This document shows, one piece after another, positions 50,101-53,857 of a stretch of DNA of 53,857 nucleotides. Origin of the DNA: an uncultured bacterium. Its GTDB lineage: Bacteria; UBA8481. The stretch is taken from the NCBI GenBank assembly GCA_964499705.1, contig CAZCME010000027.1, positions 1 through 53,857 on the forward strand, written 5' to 3'. The translations under genes and the position numbers were made by a program. Below the pieces are notes generated by a model. The model was given only the letters and a program-made list of their open reading frames with translations, did no database searches and was not told the DNA's origin. The first letter of the stretch is position 1, and each line of letters opens with the position of its first letter.

Positions 50101-53100
50101 ACCGGGATCCTGCGAAGGGAGCCAGCGGAACGTCGGGGTCGATGTCACCGAAGCGCTGTCGGCGGGGAAGGAGGGCGTGACCGTATCCGGCGCCGTGGTA
50201 TCCGGCTTGAAGCGAATCAGAACCGTGTCCGATCGGAAGGCGGATGTTTCCGCGACCGTAACGACAACCGTGGTTTCGTTCGAGGCATGCGCGGTACGGA
50301 TATGGAAGTAAGCCAGATACGGAGATGAAGTGTCGTATTGAATTCCTGAATCGAAGATCGCGTCGACGCGGAGAGAGTCCGGATTGTTCGTGGAGAAAGC
50401 GACGGTGCACGTGATCGCCTGCGCCACGCCGGCAAACCAGATCGTGTCGGCCGTCGTTGCCGTATCGAATGGCGAATCATCCCAGAAGCGCGCGGGAGTA
50501 TCGCTCACAAATTGCAACAATGAGATGGACGGAGTATCAAAGGAATCGACGAGAAAAGTATCGATAAGGGCACCCGAGACATTCGCATTTCCAACCTGAT
50601 CGGCTGCGAGTACGCGCCAATTCCAGACAGTGTCCAAAAGATCTACCGTACACGTAAAGTCGGTGTCTGGATGACTAATTTGGAAGTCATACGCAAACTG
50701 AGAGAAACCGTCCACTCGCCAGATCCTTAATTTGTAATTGGAGACTCCAGATTGTGAATCGTTCGAAAGACCCCAGCGGAAATAGGGGCGTTTTCCGACA
50801 GTGGCTCCGACTGGTGAATCATGCGTCACGGTATCGGGCGCGGTCGTATCGGGGCGGAACCAGAGGAGCATTGTGTCGATAAGTCCGGCTGTATCGGTTG
50901 CGGTGATAGTGATGAACGTATCTTTGGCGGCATGCTGCGGCTTGATTCTGTATCTTGCCGTGTAAGGTGTCGTAGTGTCGCTGGAGATTGGCGAATCGAA
51001 TGCAGCGCTGAATGTCAGCGTATCAGGATTCGCCGGAAGTATGGTAATGGTACAAGTGATCGTCTGCGTTTCAGAGCTGAACCATACCGTGTCGCCGGCA
51101 GGCGAAGTATCGATTGGAGCGGAATCAAAAAAGCGCGACGCCGTGTCGCTTGTTGCTGAGACGACCGTGATGACCGGCGTCTCCGTGACGGGAGTCAGGA
51201 AATGCTCCACGCGGATCGAATTCGCGGGGACGCTCATGGAGCCCTTCAGGACTCCGTTGTCGTAGAACTTGACGGTGAGGGGCGTCGCGCCGGGATTATG
51301 CGCGACATAGCTGCGGAGGCCGACCGTGTCGAAGGTGCTGGACAGCGGATAGTCAGCGTAGACATTGTCGGCGATGTAGCCGAGCTTGTTGAAATTGTGG
51401 ATGTGATGGTAGATGTAGGAGTAATTCTGGTACTGCCCTTCGTTGATGAAGAATCCGCTGTCGTAATCGTTGCAGGCGCCCTGCGCATTGTAGGTCGCCT
51501 TCCATTTCCAGTGGACGCCCTGCCATGTATTGAATGCTTCCTCCGCATACATCTCCGTGTGCTGCGCCTGGATGTAGGATGACTCGCGCCCGAGATACAT
51601 GCCGGTCGTCAGAAACGGCGTCGCCTGGATGCCGTGGATCTGCTCCGCCTGTGAACCGAAAAACGTGGTATGCTCGGCTTTTCCTCCCCATACGATCCCG
51701 ATCAGTTCCTTCGGAAATGTCCCGTCGTAGACATCGTTGTCGATATCGAACCAGTATTTCCGGACAGCTTGATACTCCGTCGCATAGGCCCACGCCAGAG
51801 CGTCGCGCTGCGTGGTGTTATTGTTCCGAACGAGGTTCCACAGGAGGGCTGCTCCGAGCGAATTCATCGCCTCGCCGGACGACTCCTGGTTGTTTCCATC
51901 GTCGAACGGGCTCATGCCGTGCGCCTCCGCGCGCCCCTCGTACGGATTGATGAAGCGCATGAACGGGAAATCGGGATCGGTCCGTGTGGCCTCGTAGAGA
52001 TGCTTCACCACGAGGTCGTAGAAGCTACCGTAATTCGTGAGGAATGTGGAATCGTAGAGCCCGATGATCGCCGCGGCATAGAGATGATAGCCGAGGGCAT
52101 AGTGCTGGTCGGTGTAGGCCCACGACTGGAAGGTTTCGTTGTAGGGAATGAAGCCACGGAACGTGGTGTCGTAGTAGTAGTATCCCTTGTCCTCTCCCAT
52201 CGTGTATGTCGCCCAGTTCTCGAGCGCAGTCCGGACGCGGACGATCAGGGTGTCGCGGGAGATCGTGTCGCCCATCTGTTCGGCGATCGGAATGAGCGAC
52301 GCTTCGCTGGCCATCTGCTGGCCTCCGATGTACATCGCATAGGCTTGCTGGTCCGTATCGATCCGCTGGCGATCCTGCTTGATGAGATCCGTGAGATTTC
52401 TCCGGACGTATGTACCGGAGTCGGGAAGATACGGGAGAATACCGGGCAGTTTGCTGTTGGTGGTGAAGGAGTTCGCGTTCAGCATCTGGACCTGACCGCG
52501 GAGCGTGTTGTATGTGAGGATGCCGGCGCCGGCGCCCATGGCGCGGTGATGGGGCATGGTACCGAGGAGCGTATTGGTCTGGCTGAGGCGACGGCTTTCG
52601 GTCGTCATCTCGTACAGGCTCGAGACGTTCTGCGTCGTCGGGTTGTACGTCCACGAGACGCGCGACTGCGTCGGCCAGGCGTACGCGTGATTGTACATCG
52701 TCGTGAGGTCACCGGCGGCGGTCATGCCTGCGATGGAGAGATAGTGCGAATCGGTGGCGGGAAAACGTATGGAGAGTTGGCTGAAGCCCGCGAGGTTCGT
52801 GACTGTGAAGGAGCAACGCGACGGACCGAAGAAAGCCCAGTGAGTGTTATTGCCGAAGACGGTCCGGATGCGAAGCTGATCGTCAATGACGACGCTGTCT
52901 TTGGCGAGCGCGACGCCCGCCGAATCGAAGAAGTCCACCTGTCCCGGAAAATCGATGAGAATGTTGAGAGAGTCCGGAAGATCCCAGTAGACGTATGGCG
53001 TACCCTGACCGATCGTGAGGCGGGCGGTGTCGTTGTTGGTCTTCGACTTGTATTCCGTCGAGACGAACCAGTCCGACCACGTGTCGAGATAGGCCGCGCT

Positions 53101-53625
53101 GGCGCGAAACGTATCGCCGTTTACATACGACAGGCGGATGTTCATGTCGGCGACGAATGTCGCAATCTGGAACGCGGTGGCGCCGCCATTGACCGTGCCC
53201 GCTCCGGGCATATCGAGAAAGAGTCCGGAATCGACGATGCGCATCGCGATCGGAAAGGCGTACATGTTGTTCGGGTAGCCGTAGCGTGAATTCGGATCGG
53301 ACCAGTTCAAAGTGGAGTCGGTCGCGCGGATGACCATGGAGGAGAACCAGCGGTTGGTGGGAATCGGGATCTGGCGCGCGCGGAGCCGATCGGTGAGGTA
53401 CATCTTGGGATAGATTTCGGCGCCGTTGGAGAACGTCGAATTCAGGAGTACCTGCGAACCGCCGGCGGAATATTCGCCAACGTGGACCGTGTCGGCATAG
53501 GAAGCGAGACCTCCTGGGGGATTGGTCATGATGCCGGCCCGGGAGGCGAGAGACGAGAAGAGGAGCAGGAGGCAGGCACCGAGGAACGGCCCGAGACATC
53601 GCGGCCCCCTGCGGTCATATCTCAT
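35140..53625 (-). CDS. Giant (6161 aa) secreted multidomain protein: GH81 endo-beta-1,3-glucanase, FN3/Ig-like domains, four parallel beta-helix modules, two lamin-tail domains, C-terminal FlgD-Ig/T9SS-like domain
   Basis: Signal peptide; IPTNRWFSS and DGNNQESSGEAMN (GH81); WY(I/L/V)ND-initiated beta-helix units; INEI...DEWVELYN; ends VYPNPF...WDARNDDGRELASGMY...KVMVIR. Confidence 0.85.
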   Translation of the reverse strand: MRYDRRGPRCLGPFLGACLLLLFSSLASRAGIMTNPPGGLASYADTVHVGEYSAGGSQVLLNSTFSNGAEIYPKMYLTDRLRARQIPIPTNRWFSSMVIRATDSTLNWSDPNSRYGYPNNMYAFPIAMRIVDSGLFLDMPGAGTVNGGATAFQIATFVADMNIRLSYVNGDTFRASAAYLDTWSDWFVSTEYKSKTNNDTARLTIGQGTPYVYWDLPDSLNILIDFPGQVDFFDSAGVALAKDSVVIDDQLRIRTVFGNNTHWAFFGPSRCSFTVTNLAGFSQLSIRFPATDSHYLSIAGMTAAGDLTTMYNHAYAWPTQSRVSWTYNPTTQNVSSLYEMTTESRRLSQTNTLLGTMPHHRAMGAGAGILTYNTLRGQVQMLNANSFTTNSKLPGILPYLPDSGTYVRRNLTDLIKQDRQRIDTDQQAYAMYIGGQQMASEASLIPIAEQMGDTISRDTLIVRVRTALENWATYTMGEDKGYYYYDTTFRGFIPYNETFQSWAYTDQHYALGYHLYAAAIIGLYDSTFLTNYGSFYDLVVKHLYEATRTDPDFPFMRFINPYEGRAEAHGMSPFDDGNNQESSGEAMNSLGAALLWNLVRNNNTTQRDALAWAYATEYQAVRKYWFDIDNDVYDGTFPKELIGIVWGGKAEHTTFFGSQAEQIHGIQATPFLTTGMYLGRESSYIQAQHTEMYAEEAFNTWQGVHWKWKATYNAQGACNDYDSGFFINEGQYQNYSYIYHHIHNFNKLGYIADNVYADYPLSSTFDTVGLRSYVAHNPGATPLTVKFYDNGVLKGSMSVPANSIRVEHFLTPVTETPVITVVSATSDTASRFFDSAPIDTSPAGDTVWFSSETQTITCTITILPANPDTLTFSAAFDSPISSDTTTPYTARYRIKPQHAAKDTFITITATDTAGLIDTMLLWFRPDTTAPDTVTHDSPVGATVGKRPYFRWGLSNDSQSGVSNYKLRIWRVDGFSQFAYDFQISHPDTDFTCTVDLLDTVWNWRVLAADQVGNANVSGALIDTFLVDSFDTPSISLLQFVSDTPARFWDDSPFDTATTADTIWFAGVAQAITCTVAFSTNNPDSLRVDAIFDSGIQYDTSSPYLAYFHIRTAHASNETTVVVTVAETSAFRSDTVLIRFKPDTTAPDTVTPSFPADSASVTSTPTFRWLPSQDPGGAGVAYYRVQIAVNSNFDSVLASETTAHPDTDLTVTTLADSSYFWRVLSYDRVGNVTTNGCTFFTFVKTTPPSGVWYINDTSTSGDVYSTAVGASTNTGTSPATPKRFLKEIQSLVRAGETVYVDAGTYNETASFTFDTGPLWVIGADSAVTILDYGDSFAAGDRKLVANGKSGITIRKIQIRNANKGVHFLNTTNSIVDNVLVYAASDGIFLEAATNNCTVQYSQLRFCTTGLSIVSTNRVTLIGNSVVAPKSVGILMTNADTNTIDGNSISNGLVSGMQVVAGSDSNWIRNNVIAAPGAQGIILDSALYTTIDSNTVTSATNQGIQLANFSRHATLRYNQAVSCANAGIHIDLSDSAYLVGNAARSGAQAGLFVYSTRWSRLDSNIAYANGQAGFQIDSSPYANLIANEARGNTQSGLFVMNGSHFAGISGNIAESNGIHGFLFNAVNSVIATSNLSRNNLNMGFRLENGIDSFYVDANRIDSNNNWNISIDATAKVQFRKNNIVVKPGTTLGFDNPAANVTMTRNYWKTIDSVVIRSYIAGAGAATCSYIPYRLAQVDTTRGADTVAPKAPDTVGAAAASIGGINVTWSAVTLDEDSSPFAVNLDAYRIYRSRTSDTNLWTYLTTVAAGLTTYRDATAVNGETYYYRVTSADTIASTYFNEAYYSDSVGMGVANVDTSGPNIWYLNDTSTSGDSFTSSIGYDTASGLSPGTPRRTYTALRPFLTQGDTIYIDAGYYTETVVIDTDWVALIGKDSVSTVIDPPGAKTIVSLAAIQADNRTGVSIENLGLTGAYYGIWLTNTDRARVANDSISANGSAGIYIWLGSDSILVMDNRIETNGTSGIYYTQGEHGSFINNRIESNVYGIQMILDTFTVLRNNIARRNTEGVNLLNCIYDSITNNQFDSNRVMGLNVSGTASFDSIIGNSACGNGSLGIRFSTTPSNMTVIGNILRNNNDAALYLYSSYLNIFADNDISENDSYGVYLDAGADSNSFYRNRIQFDSTGVFITSSRFNIFHQNDISFNTLYQISLDSASSSDTFQKNNFASSATNPDSVIWNKTNQSFNFTRNFWNTTDTAQIKQRISGIGRDSIIYTPFRLGAVDTSAGADTVAPRAPDTVAAIADTSTGSITLTWSPVTADEEANPFAVALAGFKIYRSRTPDTSLWVQLSTATAAALTYSDAAVVNGETYYYRITSTDSASPLPNESFFSDSIPSATAVAAVADTGIAINEILPLPNTDWDGNSGVSASADEWVELYNRNDSVINLASWKIGEDSASRVTLSGLLQPRGYLIVYRRAAGVVGGYFFDSNQVFVGNQLFTTGSLGALTNGGATVTLTNAAGDTVDKVVYPSATTDSSYGRAWDGADTFRNLARPTSGWETPALPSGVRDSNANMRFRIEGPDTALFGESVTLRVIAIDASGDTVTTFSSAGVAITATGTPTINIATVDFTSGVCSTTIRFLTDSGTARLTVQYAFTSRGSDTVAVMVTPVDTPVISLLQFASDTPDRFFDGAPFDTAPTGDTVWFGAETQVVTLTVLYSATTRESISVTAVFDSVTQTDTNDSYQAFFFVNPRHAVSDTTAILTVSSTATQSDSLTILFRPDTTPPDTVAQLIQPANGESTAKQPTLRWTAAADSRSGVAFYTIQIASTAAFDQIISTESTTHPDTDVVVTTPLSDSPYFWRVIAVDRVGNRALSGLDIETFVVQTPPPKKWYVNDTSTTSDSFSAAVGDTNNSGDSPGAPKRFLNQLKGLVRAGDTICIDRGIFNETEAVSIETGPLWIIGIDSASSILDFLDSSPSSTRKVLINAKSLVSIADIGIRNAGIGLHFITAETCTVDRVNLSSNATGFLAEVTTRGCVISNSAMSFCTTGIQILDAVRNRFTSNRVAVSRSNGIEIVGGDINTIESNTISGGNSVGILFAAFADSNTVRYNAVSAHPSDGFQVNNSDWNFLLGNTSTGNNIGFEVLLTSRFNTLRNNSSTLDTSQGFLVSAVRNTLETNTAAGAKLAQGFNISGDTNTLTGNTSSSILQAQGFLISGAFTSLTNNTASNIVLAQGFLVTSSMNTLTGNLSDSTSAAGFQIEAAAGQNTLDSNTARKSVGGHGFFVNGADANILRNNRAESNAAHGFYIFNAALSNMLRGNVADSNTLMGFMVESGAASNYFLNNSAVRNNGHGFVNLTSNATVFEANEARANTIFAFSVDSHSAGVTLHKNNILSTTNWMNADTSNLDLARNWWGTTDTAAIKARIAGGQFSSALYIPFRLAAVDTSFIADTVAPRAPDTVAAAAVATPLSLRVTWSPVTLDEEGDPFATGLDLFRIYRSRTADTTQWLRIGTALPSALSFTDQNVVNGESYSYRVTASDTGTWVNESFLSDSIPFATASSVESNVLINEIIALPGTDWEGDGAGADVNRDEWVELYNSSDSFVALAGWKIGRLTASRVTLSDTITPRGYLTVYRRTSGTAEGYFYDSRQAFVRNVGFTTGALGPLTNTGDTVTLTNAANDTLDQVAFPSISTDSPYMRAWDGATAFRTGARATPGAETPTLPASARDSNANMRFRIVSPDTARLNESTALRILAIDAAGETVTAFTTDNVSITCTGAPTINITTLSFTNGVCTSSIQFQTSTGTTTLSILFGVTSTGWDTVVVESAAAAPPSSKWYVNDGAMVGDSFTSAVGDTANSGNTPDSPKRFLNNLEGLVRSGDTIYVDAGTFFEGDTYAIDTGPLWIIGVDSLTTIVDFNDSGSGSSRRIIAAFVNQISISNLAVRDAWHGIELMGVDTARIENVLTERCGIGVLLQLGTDSAFIQNSIARDNSNWGYYIGGGSRNTLLANTSESNGNSGYTVVSADSNLLIGNTARFNIEEGFKLDASDSSYLSGNTAESNRFAAFSLVSGSDNNRLISNIALRGLGEGFYLNASDRNTIDSNTATQSLMGFRLLAGSDTNMLRWNRAETTTQDAFNLNASESNLLTGNYASGGLQGHYVLANAARNNLILSNTSDSATGYGVFIVGAGGVAVIGNTILTPGYRGIELNGDSNCVVDSNAITRPRSSLGIAVTDSASNNLIRFNRVDSSAADGIQVTVNSDSNTIGWNLTTHSAGAGYSIHNLSDQNFYIGNTSSDDTGQGFFVNASSNTFIRNLAWSAGAQGFFCPGNNNLFREDTAIAGAASGFEVNGATGNNYDSCLARSNAGYGWIGVNGAQADTFRWNVSDSNTLKGFYCDDSGSHVFTSNSTYRNLSDGYNLVNNSNRNVVISNASLQDAGYGFIITSDTNTLTFNTATRNGFRGFGFQTANWNVIDSNTATLAALEHGFAIQETSFANMLRYNRSESNVSAGYQMDINADSNLIGWNVASTNTGAGYTIHNYSDSNRFVSNISQWDTGQGYYINSPNNLFEYNTCTKPRQQGYIVLQGGNTFDSNSVFNSLNDGFTVQSSQNLIRRSWIQNVTGAGLKFDDGDSNLLESSTILGSTFVGVWILNNSDSAVLRGNVSRFNNEDGFQVTPNCDILLLVNNVAESNTQDGFQVSDTSLSPLIIGNRAHANLVAGFRVQAGETGAAIVGNEADSNGGDGFIIWAASDNVLVARNRAARNKLVGFVTGFSRSVIFEACEADSNRSLGFYVDGTSRLTSIRKSNIYAITDTTGVYSDSAFMDMTRNWWGTADTTKVRNFIQGTGSFTARYAPFRLGMVDTFLGADTVAPDAPDTVSTRMDSLAGSVIVSWKATTLDEEADPFAPAVTEYRIYRSRTADTNHWLYLGRVAAPADTYSDGAVVHGETLYYRVTTADTGSARFINEGFFSDSVAGIVVDTSQAVINDTPVITAFAVSSSDSTHFYDAAPITVGTAPDTVYFNPTGSGANQVCTIIVSITDVNDTLVAGSAPFTVIRGSDTGVNKDTYTLIYRIPQDSSSALVSITVTDSGGLSQTRSIWFENDTVVPDTVTPSGPPAGTETRATSLTFSWTASADSGAGVSSYRLQIDTSGSYALLVLDTTVTTTSVTLSLPANETYFWRITTTDRVGNRSWSRIDTIVIDTALATAAQPSTPVNGLETRSLIFLFTWDTCVDSGSGIASYRLQISRTSTFASLVVDSVNGLANSTTVLLAPNDSYFWRIITADDAGNTTTSSDSVLFVDTTPPSPALQATPAHLLETSSTQIVFTWALATDAFTGLAGQRLQVDTSGAFTTLLFDSNVGIAATSGTLLLAPNDTFHWRILATDDAGNTTAVGDSIFVIDTTPPSIPALDTPTMLIDTASPVQFRWSLSVDTLAGLDSYRIRIDTSPAFGAPKIDTFVTSLTITVDLTADTYYWIVTALDQAGNSSLSIIETFSVRNSIDSAGPDTFNLTAPGNGTETNDVRLTFRWSTARDSSPPVTYRLLVDQDLLAPFALDTSLLDTFVTVTLAANDTYLWRVIATDNRGNSTTVGDSRIVVDTAGPTAPSLVSPTGGMSLTSPAFLDWNASTDAIAGFNRYRLQIDTSGAFTGVFVADSTTATPDTILSFGMATYFWRVIAIDDLGNTTAVAADSFRIIGTDTTPPIVLSASASPSSLFNTGTTTVVFTVRAKDSSFVDSIVVNLLPVDQAESTRFTQIDSITWQCTAVFDSRVVGDTYDFIVRLFDAVSNSGTTTIRVIVMDTTGSLSLIIDSPLLEVRAAGDEFSIISTYGDSYTSIYYEYRPAGGDWMPCTTLLRPNPDTQAPFWGIYWDISGLPQGTYDVRAVGTDTAGRVDPNPSFIRVVVDHSESTVHEYREAGTLHHIRRQRFFPESSTVMMIADGGTMLSIPRGAVAESVWIKVTVLNKAFDTTPTTGGFRVPDSGAFRVFIREDGKRTFEKEIDIEIPYADTDLQTDFVGTTSVLEENLAIYRWEEVLKTWVKENSSTVDGKRNVVSARVKHFTIFAVLAGQPVAAGLGNVIVYPNPFIPYDGQAKTGSPYNAADPTSGILFDSLPATVTIEVFNSAGRRVTTMAKSSSEGRYQWDARNDDGRELASGMYIVIFRTSSGEQTIRKVMVIR

Positions 53626-53857
53626 GCCGCGGACAGGCGCTCCTGCGACTTCGGATTCTTCACCGGACCCGTCGAATCGCGGACGACGAGCTCCTGATCC
53701 CAGCTCAACCTGGGCTTTGTCTTGTTGCCATGGATCTGGTAATGCAGAAACGTCATGGCGGCATCTCCCATTTCGAAGGCGAGCTGCCTGACGGTTGTCA
53801 GCTTCGGCCGGACGATCCGGCAGTCGACGCTGTCGTCGAAACCGACGACGGAATAAT
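53622..53857 (-). CDS. LacI-family regulator / sugar-binding domain, C-terminal part (truncated by window)
   Basis: Minus strand translates YSVVGFDDSVDCRIVRPKLTTVRQLAFEMG...ELVVRDSTGP...LSAA*; ATGA overlap with the giant gene. Confidence 0.85.
   Translation of the reverse strand, partial: YSVVGFDDSVDCRIVRPKLTTVRQLAFEMGDAAMTFLHYQIHGNKTKPRLSWDQELVVRDSTGPVKNPKSQERLSAA

Noticed and set aside
35148-53599. Many long alternative-frame and antisense ORFs over the giant gene and backbone
   Set aside because: Expected shadow ORFs of GC-rich coding DNA; Arg/Pro-rich with no motifs.

Overview
The window has two parts. Positions 1-~18.2 kb are an integron-like gene-cassette array, lower in GC by eye. 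Mostly minus-strand cargo genes (CPBP protease, YitT, VOC, trypsin-TPR, PIN, GNAT, BrnT/BrnA, HNH, PD-(D/E)XK nuclease, ParE remnant, chlorite-dismutase family, hypotheticals) are separated by a family of ~135-210 bp structured inverted-repeat elements of the form TTCG(T/C)CTAAC...GTTAG(A/G)CGAA-N2-3-CCAC. These elements carry the integron RYYYAAC/GTTRRRY core but have a different, branched fold. The array begins just downstream of a co-oriented tyrosine recombinase (18310-19665). That enzyme has intact catalytic residues but lacks the IntI-specific insertion, so this looks like a non-canonical integron-like system. One ordinary attC-type cassette is embedded in the array. Positions ~19.8-53.9 kb are GC-rich chromosomal backbone: rhomboid protease, OFA-type MFS transporter, GT4 plus a six-hairpin glycosidase-like gene, two large membrane proteins, DsbD, a redoxin, gloA, a beta-barrel protein, and a 6161-aa secreted multidomain GH81 beta-1,3-glucanase translationally coupled to a LacI-family gene. 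All calls come from reading the sequence and recognising motifs; no database searches were run.
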